The notes under the pieces were generated by a model. It was not told where the DNA came from. It did no database searches and was given only the letters and a program-made list of their open reading frames with translations. 64,000 nt of DNA from Lentisphaeria bacterium (GTDB taxonomy: Bacteria > Verrucomicrobiota > Lentisphaeria > Victivallales > UBA1829): assembly GCA_017629515.1 (NCBI GenBank), contig JAGBXB010000054.1, positions 60 to 64,059 on the forward strand, given 5' to 3'. Within the stretch, counting starts at the first letter, position 1, and every line of letters starts with the position of its first letter. Of the stretch, positions 10,318 to 19,574 are shown in pieces. The position numbers and the translations under genes are program-made.

Positions 10318-11346
10318 ATGGAACAGCTGATTCATTGTCCAAGTTCCCGCTTTCAAGCGGAGTGTTCACACACGCATCAGACAGCATCAACGCTTCGCAA
10401 GTCCGGAACATCATTCGCCAGATCATCATTCACGCTGATCGAACTGCTGGTGGGTGCAACTTGTCAAGTATGTGTTTTTCCGTTGTATTACCTCAAAAAA
10501 AATTATAAAAACTACACATCCTTACGCCCGACAGGGCGCACTTCACGCTTTTTTTGCGAATGCAAAAAAAGCTCTTCACACCTTCACACCTTCACTCAAT
10601 CGGCGTTTACGCTGATTGAACTATTGGTTGTCATTGCCATCATCGCCATTCTTGCAAGTATGCTTCTTCCGGCATTGAGCAGAGCAAGAGAGACAGCACG
10701 ACAGGTCAACTGCCTGAACAATCTCAAACAGATTTTTGTTTACTGGTCACTTTATGCCGATGACAGTAAAGGATATGTTTACGCAACCCATTATGAAGAT
10801 GCTTCTTCCGGCCGTACCTATGGCCACTGGTACAGAGTCCTTGCCAAAGACGCGGCAGGTTATGCTCCCTATACATTGAAACAGGTGGATGACAACAAGG
10901 TGAAAAGTCTCCGCTGTGAAACGGTATTGAATGTATTTAATAAAAACGGTTATGACATAATCTCCGGAACACAGCTTAATACTTATGCCACTTACAATGT
11001 CTGCCAGAACCTGAACAGCGAAGCCAATAACGGCTATTTTACAGGCACAAGAGACTCAAAAAGATATTTCAATCTTTTCAGCGTGAAAAACCCTTCCCAT
11101 TTGCACTATTTCAACTGTGCAAAGGATTACGCCAATCAAAGGATCTACGGACACCACGGCAACAGCAGCAAGATCCCTTTGCTTTTCTGCAGCGGAACGG
11201 CAAGAATGTTTGACTTCAAAAATGAAAAAAGACCTGCGGATAATTACTTTCCCCTGTTTAAATCTGCCTACGGCCCATTCTGGGAAAAACAGAAATTCAA
11301 CAATAGTTACTACCCCTGCAAAGGGGATGCTTTCACCGCAAGATAA
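10318..11346 (+). CDS. Prepilin-type N-terminal cleavage/methylation domain protein (DUF1559-like) with a duplicated FTLIELLV motif
   Basis: [44 protein letters not shown]; an extra FTLIELLV lies 59 aa upstream; start uncertain. Confidence 0.85.
   Translation: MEQLIHCPSSRFQAECSHTHQTASTLRKSGTSFARSSFTLIELLVGATCQVCVFPLYYLKKNYKNYTSLRPTGRTSRFFCECKKSSSHLHTFTQSAFTLIELLVVIAIIAILASMLLPALSRARETARQVNCLNNLKQIFVYWSLYADDSKGYVYATHYEDASSGRTYGHWYRVLAKDAAGYAPYTLKQVDDNKVKSLRCETVLNVFNKNGYDIISGTQLNTYATYNVCQNLNSEANNGYFTGTRDSKRYFNLFSVKNPSHLHYFNCAKDYANQRIYGHHGNSSKIPLLFCSGTARMFDFKNEKRPADNYFPLFKSAYGPFWEKQKFNNSYYPCKGDAFTAR
10429..10629 (+). repeat. Degenerate 24-bp direct repeat (FTLIELLV codons) flanking a palindrome-rich in-frame segment
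   Basis: TTCACGCTGATCGAACTGCTGGTG at 10429 versus TTTACGCTGATTGAACTATTGGTT at 10606. Confidence 0.8.
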
Positions 11347-11381
11347 TTTTTATAAAAACATAAAAAAAGAAAGGAAAAAAA

Positions 11382-14306
11382 ATGTTATTCACCCCGGCAA
11401 AGTCTGTTATCATTCTGCTTGCTTTATCCGCACTCCTTCCCCTTTGGGGCAAAGAGTATTTCCTCATGGAAAAAGGCAAAGCACTGTGTGAGATCGTTAT
11501 TCCCGCCGACGCTCCGGAAAATTACAAATATGCGGCAAAGGAACTTTCAAAATACCTTGCCCTCATCGGCAAAGGCAATGCCCCTGCCATTGTAAATAAG
11601 GCAACCGGCAAAGCCTATCCCATCTCCTTCAAGGAAACCAAAGATACTGCCCTGAAACAGGATGGATTCCGCATCACTGCAAATGACAAAGGACTCCTGA
11701 TCGAACACAATACAGGTGTGGGAGCCTTATACGGGGCATACGGGATCCTGAAAAAATATGGCGGGATCGTGTGGCTCGTTCCCGGTAAAGACGGGGAATA
11801 TTATAAAGTAAAGGAAGTGATTTCCGTTCCGGAGGGTTCTTTCATACGCAATCCTTTCCGCCGCATCCGTGCCGGAAACAATCTGGGACTTTCCCGGGAA
11901 GGCAGAGAGTGGCTCCCCCGCAATAACATGAACAATCTTACAAGCCGTCCGAAACTCAACAAAAATAAAGAGTATCAGGCACTGGGAGCAAAAGTAGCCG
12001 AAGGCTATCACTGCTTCACCCGGCTTCTTACAGGTGAATATGATAACTGGAAAAAAATGAATGCCAAACTGGATATTCTTTATAAGGAACACCCGGAATA
12101 CTTCCCTCTGATCAACGGCAAACGCACCCATCTCAACAACGCCCGGGGAACATTCAGTGACAAGCAGCCCTGCACCACCAATAAAGATGTGCTGCGTATC
12201 ATGAAGAAAAATCTGGAATACTGCATCGAAAACAGGGTCTATCCTGACGGGATCTACCTTTTCTACAATAATGACGGTACTGCCTGGTGCCAGTGCGAAA
12301 ACTGTAAGAAAGTGGATTCAAAAGCGGACAGGGAAAATAACTGGATGACCCACCGTTACTGGAAACTTTATCAGGATCTTACAAAAGATATCCTGAAAAA
12401 ATATCCGGATGCCATCATCATCGGCAATCCCTACCAGAACTTCCAGGAACTCCCCGAAAACAGATCCCTTATCCAGAAATCCGGCTGGATCGAACTGGGT
12501 TTCAACCGTACCTGCTGGCGGCATAATATAGATGATCCCAAATGCCTTACCAATCCCTCCTATCTGCGCAAATACCTTGCCTGGGGTTCTCTGGGCAACC
12601 CCATGACCAGCTGGGAACAGTTGACCTCGGCCGGACGCAATTTTCTTCCGGTGGAATTCACTGTCCGTGACCGCCTGAAATTCTATAAAAAGATCAATTG
12701 TGAAATGTTCCCGGAAGTGATGGCACCCTATACAAATATCAAACGCTGGCCGAAAATGACACAGGATATGTGGCTTGCCATGTGGCAGAGTATGTATTTT
12801 ATTGCCGGCGCCCAGTGGGATGAAAATTTCGACTTTGATAAAGAGTATGAAAAAATCAATTCTCTCTACTACGGCAAAGGCTGGGAAGGCGGCATGAAAG
12901 AATTGCGTACTTATCTTATAAAAGTTTACAGTGAAACTTCCGGCTGTGCCGGTCATGGTCACGGCAATCCGCTGGGGAAAATGCTGACCACCCCCGGAGC
13001 AAAAGGGAAAATTATTGCCCTCTTTGACAAAGCGGAAAAAGCCGCAGCAAAAGATCCGGATAAACGGGCACTCAAACATGTGAAAATGGACAGAGAATTT
13101 TTCAATCTCACCTGGGAAAACACCTATAATTCCTTCATCACCAATTTCCGGGAGATCACCGCCTACCGCCGAAAAGGCAATATAAAGATCGACGGAATCA
13201 TTGAGGAACAGGATTGGAAAAATGCGGATATCATTTCCAATTTCACCAATCAGAGAGGGGCAGTAAAAAACGGTAAAAGCGTCTTTGTTCCCGTTCCCGA
13301 TAAAGAACAGACCTTCCTGCGGATCGTCTATGAACCGGACTACATCTATTTTGCCATTGAAGCAATGGAACCAACTCCGGACAAGATGATAACAGCGATC
13401 ACAAAGAAAGATGGTCCTGTCTGGGATGACAATACTCTGGAGATCTTCCTCTCCCACCCGGATATGGGCAACAGCTACTATCAGATGATCTACAACGCCA
13501 GAGGCGTCTGCTATGACCATATTGTTGTACCCGGAAAAGGCAATGACAAAAAGTTTGATGCCAAAGGGGAGTTTGCGGTAAAAGTCCTGAAAGACCGCTG
13601 GGTACTGGAAGGAAGATTCCCCACCGATAATCTGGGAGAAAAATGCTTTGACGGAAATATCTGGAAACTCAATGTCGAAAGAAGAAGATTTCTTTCCGAT
13701 GGAACAAATATCCCTTCCAGTTTGAGTACAGGAATGGGCAAAAGCGTCGCCGTATTCCAGAATGTGAACTTTACAAAAGAACGCAAGATCCACCTTGCCA
13801 GTGCAGGAAGTATGGAAACAAGGGTCTTTGCCAATGGTTCCCTCAATGAACTGGAAGATGCGAAAAATAACGGCAATCTGAAAAGATGGAAAGTTATCGG
13901 CGGCAAAGCTCCGAAAAGCTGGATGTTCGGCGGTGCGGGAAAGGATTCGGAACTGGAAATGCTCCTCCACCCCGGAAGCAGCAACAACTATTATATCAGA
14001 AGTAAGAGTGGTCTGGTATTCCAGCGTTACCGGGCAGTCCCCACCCATGTAAAATACTCTCTCAAAGCAAAAGGCAAAGGAAAACTTTGGGTCTTCTGTC
14101 TGCAGGAAACACAGAAGAAAGGAGAAAAACGGGCTAAAGGACTCCCGGCTCATACTTTCAAAACCCTTTCCATAGATTCCAAAGACTGGCAGACTTATAC
14201 ATTTGAGTACAAAACCAACATCCCGGACATGCACATCTTCCCCGGTTTCAAAGTAACTTCCGGAGAAGTCTTTGTGGATGACCTGATGGCGGTACCGGTA
14301 AAATAA
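11382..14306 (+). CDS. Secreted DUF4838-like protein with a CBM9-like sugar-binding domain
   Basis: Signal peptide; GH20/GH67-like N-domain (DGFRI...LYGAY); HPEYFPL, QPC, WCQCENC; IKIDGIIEE.DW...DDNTLEIFL CBM9-like region. Confidence 0.75.
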   Translation: MLFTPAKSVIILLALSALLPLWGKEYFLMEKGKALCEIVIPADAPENYKYAAKELSKYLALIGKGNAPAIVNKATGKAYPISFKETKDTALKQDGFRITANDKGLLIEHNTGVGALYGAYGILKKYGGIVWLVPGKDGEYYKVKEVISVPEGSFIRNPFRRIRAGNNLGLSREGREWLPRNNMNNLTSRPKLNKNKEYQALGAKVAEGYHCFTRLLTGEYDNWKKMNAKLDILYKEHPEYFPLINGKRTHLNNARGTFSDKQPCTTNKDVLRIMKKNLEYCIENRVYPDGIYLFYNNDGTAWCQCENCKKVDSKADRENNWMTHRYWKLYQDLTKDILKKYPDAIIIGNPYQNFQELPENRSLIQKSGWIELGFNRTCWRHNIDDPKCLTNPSYLRKYLAWGSLGNPMTSWEQLTSAGRNFLPVEFTVRDRLKFYKKINCEMFPEVMAPYTNIKRWPKMTQDMWLAMWQSMYFIAGAQWDENFDFDKEYEKINSLYYGKGWEGGMKELRTYLIKVYSETSGCAGHGHGNPLGKMLTTPGAKGKIIALFDKAEKAAAKDPDKRALKHVKMDREFFNLTWENTYNSFITNFREITAYRRKGNIKIDGIIEEQDWKNADIISNFTNQRGAVKNGKSVFVPVPDKEQTFLRIVYEPDYIYFAIEAMEPTPDKMITAITKKDGPVWDDNTLEIFLSHPDMGNSYYQMIYNARGVCYDHIVVPGKGNDKKFDAKGEFAVKVLKDRWVLEGRFPTDNLGEKCFDGNIWKLNVERRRFLSDGTNIPSSLSTGMGKSVAVFQNVNFTKERKIHLASAGSMETRVFANGSLNELEDAKNNGNLKRWKVIGGKAPKSWMFGGAGKDSELEMLLHPGSSNNYYIRSKSGLVFQRYRAVPTHVKYSLKAKGKGKLWVFCLQETQKKGEKRAKGLPAHTFKTLSIDSKDWQTYTFEYKTNIPDMHIFPGFKVTSGEVFVDDLMAVPVK

Positions 14307-14329
14307 ATTTAAAAAAAATTTTTTCAACC

Positions 14330-14378
14330 TTGCGTCCGGTAAAAAGCAGATATAGATTATTACCGGACGCATTTTTAT
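14330..14378 (+). terminator. Terminator-like hairpin
   Basis: TGCGTCCGGTAA...TTACCGGACGCA-TTTTT. Confidence 0.65.
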
Positions 14379-14406
14379 TTAGAAAGGTTCAACAGGAGTT
14401 GTTTTT

Positions 14407-15720
14407 ATGCAGATAGCCCATTTTAAAAGAAATATCACCCCGGAAATCCCCTGCCTTGTCGCAGGATATACCTATACCGATGTGGCCAAAAAAGTAAGAG
14501 ATGATCTTTTTATGACAGGCTTATGCTGTGATGACGGTAAAAACAGAATCCTTATCCTCTCCTTTGATCTTCTTGCACTGGATGAGTGGTTTATAAAAAG
14601 AACAAGAAAAAACTGTGCAGAGATTCTGCAGGTACCGGAAAGTGCCGTGCTTTTTACCTGTACCCATAATCACTCCGGCCCCCAGACGATCGCAGAAGCC
14701 AATGCGGAAGATAAAGAAAATCTTCCTTATATGGAGATGTTGGAAAATGCCATTTATGAGGAAGCAAAGAAATTGAAAGAGGCTGTGTTCACTTCCTGCG
14801 ATGTATATTTTTACAGTGCCCGGACCGATGAAAACCGCAACCGCCGTTATACCTCTTGTGACAATATGGCTTCTTTCACTCCCCACCGGCGGGAAATGCT
14901 TCCTCTTGCAGACGGATTTGCCGATAAGGAGTTTGGCGCATTGATCTTTACCCTGCCGGGAAAACATGATCCCATTTATGCCGTCGGAAATTATGCCGCC
15001 CATCCCCTTGCCGGACATTGCGCCGGATTGGGGTCATACTGCATCTCGGCAGATTTCCCCGGCGCATTCAGAAAATATGTGGAAGAAGAGTCCGGTGCCG
15101 AGTGTATGTATATTTCCGGAGCCTCCGGGGATATGATCCCCAAAGAGGATGAACTTGGTTCGGAAGCCGCAAGGCAGATGGGGGTGAATCTGGCAAAAGT
15201 CATGCTGGGAGCAATGGTGGATGCGCCCCGCAATCCGGCAAGATTCAAATTGCAGGATCCCCATACAGGTTCTCTGATCACTTCTTTCAAAGCCCCCCTG
15301 CGGAAAAGATATTATAAAAACCCGGAAAAACTTGCTTCATATTATGTGGATCAGGAGGAGTTCTGCGAAGAGATCCAGATCGTGAATATCGGAGAGATCG
15401 CCTTTGTGGGTCTTCCCGGCGAACCTTGTGCGGAACTGGGACAGGAAATCAAATGGCACAGCCCATTTAAAAAGACCTTTATTGCTTTTTGTGCCACTTC
15501 CTATATTGATTATATCGTTCCGGCAAACTTTTTTATTTCCGGCGGGTATGAATCCAAAGTCCACCGTTTTTCCGCCCGCAATACCATTGATTTTGTCAAA
15601 TGCGCTGTTGACGGACTTTTCTCCTTGCATGACAAAGTATATCCCGTCGCTGACGGCATGGAACCCTATCCGGATAATCTGGATCTTCCCCTGGTGAATC
15701 TCCTGCCCAACCGTCAGTAA
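14407..15720 (+). CDS. Neutral/alkaline ceramidase-like amidohydrolase family protein
   Basis: CTHNHSGP, NYAAHP, ISADFPG, GASGD, GLPGEP motifs. Confidence 0.7.
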   Translation: MQIAHFKRNITPEIPCLVAGYTYTDVAKKVRDDLFMTGLCCDDGKNRILILSFDLLALDEWFIKRTRKNCAEILQVPESAVLFTCTHNHSGPQTIAEANAEDKENLPYMEMLENAIYEEAKKLKEAVFTSCDVYFYSARTDENRNRRYTSCDNMASFTPHRREMLPLADGFADKEFGALIFTLPGKHDPIYAVGNYAAHPLAGHCAGLGSYCISADFPGAFRKYVEEESGAECMYISGASGDMIPKEDELGSEAARQMGVNLAKVMLGAMVDAPRNPARFKLQDPHTGSLITSFKAPLRKRYYKNPEKLASYYVDQEEFCEEIQIVNIGEIAFVGLPGEPCAELGQEIKWHSPFKKTFIAFCATSYIDYIVPANFFISGGYESKVHRFSARNTIDFVKCAVDGLFSLHDKVYPVADGMEPYPDNLDLPLVNLLPNRQ

Positions 15721-15727
15721 TACCCCC

Positions 15728-15755
15728 TTGACTTTACCGCATTTTATGCTATATT
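15728..15755 (+). promoter_or_regulatory. sigma70-type promoter
   Basis: TTGACT-N16-TATATT with extended -10 TG. Confidence 0.55.
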
Positions 15756-15815
15756 AATGGCAAATAGGAAATATAGAAAAATACACGCAACAGAAAAAAA
15801 TACGATCCAGTTGCA

Positions 15816-16376
15816 GTGTTTCAACATGGAAAGAATCCGGATTTGACAGAAATCATCAAACAGGAAGCCCGTTTTTGGGGGTTTGGATATGTAAAACCGA
15901 AAACGGAAAAAAAGGTATGGGAAAACCTGAAAAAGAAAGGGATCAGCTGTTATCTTCCCCTGATCCCCAGAGCAAGGATGCACCATTCCACAAAAATCGT
16001 TACTCTTGTACCGCTTCTTCCTTCCTATATATTCCTCTGCCTTGATGATGAAGAACGCCGGGAATTGAAAAAAGCAGAAAAAGAGTTTATCCGGATTGAA
16101 TTATTACATGAAAAGGGACAGGAAGAGCAATTTATAAGAGAATTGAATATACTGACAAAATGCGAAGAACTGGCAAAAACCTCCCCCGTACTGGTCAATC
16201 CGGATATTGTTGCGGGAGATGATGTAATGATTATTGACGGGCCGCTGAAAGGCTTGCAGACAAAAGTCCTGCACCGGGACGATAAAACAGACAGTATCAT
16301 TATCAATCTGCCACTCTTCCATACCCACCTTGAATACCCCCTCCCCGCAGGAGAATTAAAAAAGATAACTTCATAA
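15816..16376 (+). CDS. NusG paralog (UpxY/RfaH-like antiterminator)
   Basis: W...YVKPKTEKKV, CYLPL, PLLPSYIF, KOW motif GDDVMIIDGPLKGL; start codon uncertain. Confidence 0.85.
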   Translation: MFQHGKNPDLTEIIKQEARFWGFGYVKPKTEKKVWENLKKKGISCYLPLIPRARMHHSTKIVTLVPLLPSYIFLCLDDEERRELKKAEKEFIRIELLHEKGQEEQFIRELNILTKCEELAKTSPVLVNPDIVAGDDVMIIDGPLKGLQTKVLHRDDKTDSIIINLPLFHTHLEYPLPAGELKKITS

Positions 16377-16385
16377 CATTTTTAT

Positions 16386-17300
16386 ATGGATTTCCAAAAG
16401 GTCAATCCTATGCTGCTTAAAGATACGATCACAAATCTCTCTCCCCGCAGGAAAACAGTTGCCGCGTTACTGGGCATCACCATGCTTTGCAGCGGTCTGC
16501 TTTTGCTCAATCATTTTCTCTTTCCCGAACAGGGAAGAGACTCCATGCTGTATATCGGATGGATAAAATGTTGGCATGAAGGAGGATTTAAGCTGGTCCT
16601 TGCAAAACATCCCGGCTATTATCTTCCCCCATTTTATTTTTACATTGGACATCTCTTCATGTATGCCGGGTTGTCGGCAGAGACGGCAGGATTGTGTATA
16701 TCCATGCTTTGCGGTATGTTCATGCCCCTTATCACCTTTGCAATGGCGTATGAAATAACACAGAAAAAAAATATTTCTCTTATTGCCGCACTTCTTGTGG
16801 CAGCAAATCCGATCCTTATTGAGTTGGCATGCTGTGTTCAAAGAGATATGCCTTATCTGTGTTTCTTTACCCTCTCCTGTTATCTCTTTATTGCCGGGAT
16901 CAGAAGAAACAAATGGTTTTGCTATCTGCTTTCGGGACTCGTTTTTATGCTTTCCTTTCTTACAAGATATGAAGCAATAGAGTTTCTCCCCCTTGTTGTA
17001 CTCTATTTTGTCCTTGCGCTGCTGTTCAGACATGATAAGTGGTATTATATCTGCCGCAATTTTCTCCTTTTTCTTGCCGGTGTCACTGTTTCCGGAGTAC
17101 TGCTTCTTACGGCGATGGATACTTCCGATGCAAAAATGATAAAACTGTATCAGAAATTTTATAAAGATAAAATGGCACTTACGAAAAGATTATACAGGAA
17201 AAAACCGCAAAAAACGCCAGGACAAGTCGGGAAAAAAGTTATCCCGGCAGCAAAAAAAGCTCTTCCTGTAAAAAAATCTATTAAGGAGGTGAAAAAATGA
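16386..17300 (+). CDS. GT-C (ArnT/GT39-like) membrane glycosyltransferase
   Basis: DSMLY, PPFYFYI, ANP, LTRYE motifs; polytopic membrane protein. Confidence 0.65.
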   Translation: MDFQKVNPMLLKDTITNLSPRRKTVAALLGITMLCSGLLLLNHFLFPEQGRDSMLYIGWIKCWHEGGFKLVLAKHPGYYLPPFYFYIGHLFMYAGLSAETAGLCISMLCGMFMPLITFAMAYEITQKKNISLIAALLVAANPILIELACCVQRDMPYLCFFTLSCYLFIAGIRRNKWFCYLLSGLVFMLSFLTRYEAIEFLPLVVLYFVLALLFRHDKWYYICRNFLLFLAGVTVSGVLLLTAMDTSDAKMIKLYQKFYKDKMALTKRLYRKKPQKTPGQVGKKVIPAAKKALPVKKSIKEVKK

Positions 17301-18115
17301 GCGCCGTCCTTGAAGTGTTTTACAGAAAAATCCCCTCTATTATTTTTGAACCTGTTGCAATATGCGGTTTGTTGGGACTGATTCTTGCCGTCATTTTCTT
17401 TCGGAAAGACTGGAAAAACAGGTATTATCTCTGGATAATATTTTCCTTGCTTCTTATGCTTTCCTGGCGGAGCATTATTCAAATTGTCTCTTCCAGATAT
17501 GGATTATTTCTGATGATACCTTTCAGTATTGCAGCAGGATATTTTTTCTCGAAACTGGAATTTCTCAACTTATATTTCAAAAAAATACCCCTAAAATACT
17601 TGAAATATCTTCCTTATCTGTGTGCAGGAATGATCGTTATTGCCGGTATCGCCAAAACTCTGGCAAAAGATCCTTATCAAGCCTATAAGAAAACAGGATT
17701 GGAAACCAGACAGGATATTGAGAAAAATAAAGAGGAGAAACTTTTTACTGCCGCCATCGGGGTATGTAACCAGGCAGCCAGACCCGGTCAACATTCCTAT
17801 TATTCCTCATTGCGCACTTATTGCCACCCCGCTTTGATACCGAAAGCAGGAAAGATCAACTTGTCAAAAGTGAAAAACATCATTCAACGGGAGTGTCACC
17901 GTAAAAACAGCAAATATGATGCGGTGTACTTCTTTCTCATTCAGGAAAGGAAAGACCCTGTCATTACCTCTTCCCATGTGCAGTTACCTGAAAATTCTTT
18001 TATCCTTGTTTCCTCGGAATACCGTAACAGAAAAAAGAAAAATATTTTGCGTGTATATAGATACATTCCTCCCAAAGGGACATTCCGGCGCCCGCTTCCG
18101 AAAATGAAAAAATAA
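17297..18115 (+). CDS. Hypothetical membrane protein
   Basis: Hydrophobic N-terminal half (SSRYG motif); ATGA overlap with the upstream gene. Confidence 0.7.
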   Translation: MSAVLEVFYRKIPSIIFEPVAICGLLGLILAVIFFRKDWKNRYYLWIIFSLLLMLSWRSIIQIVSSRYGLFLMIPFSIAAGYFFSKLEFLNLYFKKIPLKYLKYLPYLCAGMIVIAGIAKTLAKDPYQAYKKTGLETRQDIEKNKEEKLFTAAIGVCNQAARPGQHSYYSSLRTYCHPALIPKAGKINLSKVKNIIQRECHRKNSKYDAVYFFLIQERKDPVITSSHVQLPENSFILVSSEYRNRKKKNILRVYRYIPPKGTFRRPLPKMKK

Positions 18116-18138
18116 TTATTTTCTGCTGTTTAAAATCA

Positions 18139-18183
18139 AAAATTCCCGGAAAAGAATTTATCACATCTTTTCCGGGAATTTTT
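18139..18183. terminator. Bidirectional terminator
   Basis: AAAATTCCCGGAAAAGA...TCTTTTCCGGGAATTTT between convergent genes. Confidence 0.7.
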
Positions 18184-18425
18184 ATCTTCCTTTTTACATA
18201 CACATTGTAGACGAAATGGCTATGGGGACTCCTTGAACTGATTATTCTATTATCAAAACAAACAGAAAAAATTGTCTAAATAAAAGGCAAACAAGAGAAT
18301 AAAATAGATTATAATGAGGACTTAGCACTCTCAAGCATCAATCGCACACTATGCAAAGATTTTTGTTATAAAAAAACATTATTCACAGTAAGCCGCTTAC
18401 CCAAAAGTTCATACTGTTTATAGTA

Positions 18426-19562
18426 TCAGTAATTCAATATATATTTATTCAAAACTTCGTGATAGCGCGCAATTACGAAGTCAATATTAAACTCATTTTT
18501 CATCTTCATACGCCCTGCATATCCCATTTTCAGACGCTTTTCCTTGTTAAGTAATATAACTTTTTCTATGCATATAATTAAACTTTCAACATCCTTTGCA
18601 TTACATAAAAAACCACTAACGTTATTGTCAACTGTATCACGACACCCTACTGAGTTTGTTGTTATTAAAATTTTTTCCATTGCTGCACCTTCCATTAAAG
18701 AACGGGGAATACCTTCACGATAATAGGAGGGCAGCACAATACAATCAAATTGTTGAATAACAGGACGGACATCATCTGCAACTCCTAAATACTCGACAAA
18801 TCCTTTTTGAACCCATTGTTTCAGGTGTTCTTTCTGAATAGCACTGGGGTTATTTATGCCAACAAAACCTAACAGTGCAAAACGAGCATGCGGGTACTTT
18901 TTCTTGAGAATTTCAGCGGCCTTAACAAATTCTCCAACACCTTTATCCCATAACATCCTTGCGCACAATAAAAAAGATACATTTTGTGATTCTTGAACAG
19001 GCAATAGGGGGAGTGGTTTAAAGAATTCTAAATTAATACCTTCACTTTTAAGCAATTGGGCTTTTTCCGGAAAAACTAATTTTGATTCTACAAAAGTGTT
19101 CAAATCATCTTGATTAAGAAACCATACCTCATTTGGGAACCTAAACGCAAATTTATATAACATACGAGAGATCCAAGCAACAAAATTTTTATTGAGAAAG
19201 GTATATCCCAATCCAGTGGTAATGGCAATAACAGGAATTCCTGCAAAAAACGCAGCTATTGAACCATAAATATTGGGTTTGATCGTATAAAGAAAAATGA
19301 ATGTAGGATGCATATGCCGAAAAAGAAAAAATAACCTCATCATAAGTATTATGTCTTCAATAGGATTCACTCCCTTGGCAGAAAGTTTTACAGGTGTAAA
19401 ACGACATCCTAACTCTTCAATTTTTTTTGAAAATATCTCATCATAAGGAGCACATATGTTTACTTCATATCCCTTTTTTAAAAAACTCAAAAAAACTTCA
19501 CGTCTGAAGTTATACATACTCCAAGCGGTATTGCCAATAAACAAAATCTTTTCGACTCTCAT
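18426..19562 (-). CDS. GT4 family glycosyltransferase
   Basis: YTIKPNIYG, RMLWDKGV, YYREGIPRSLMEG (EX7E motif). Confidence 0.92.
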   Translation of the reverse strand: MRVEKILFIGNTAWSMYNFRREVFLSFLKKGYEVNICAPYDEIFSKKIEELGCRFTPVKLSAKGVNPIEDIILMMRLFFLFRHMHPTFIFLYTIKPNIYGSIAAFFAGIPVIAITTGLGYTFLNKNFVAWISRMLYKFAFRFPNEVWFLNQDDLNTFVESKLVFPEKAQLLKSEGINLEFFKPLPLLPVQESQNVSFLLCARMLWDKGVGEFVKAAEILKKKYPHARFALLGFVGINNPSAIQKEHLKQWVQKGFVEYLGVADDVRPVIQQFDCIVLPSYYREGIPRSLMEGAAMEKILITTNSVGCRDTVDNNVSGFLCNAKDVESLIICIEKVILLNKEKRLKMGYAGRMKMKNEFNIDFVIARYHEVLNKYILNY

Positions 19563-19574
19563 TGCAAATTGCTT

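Noticed and set aside
10318-11346. Diversity-generating retroelement or shufflon acting on pilins
   Set aside because: No reverse transcriptase, template repeat or recombinase in the window.
12318-14372. 684-aa antisense ORF (similar cases at 37540 and 39094)
   Set aside because: In-register shadows of the DUF4838-like genes with implausible F/I-rich composition.
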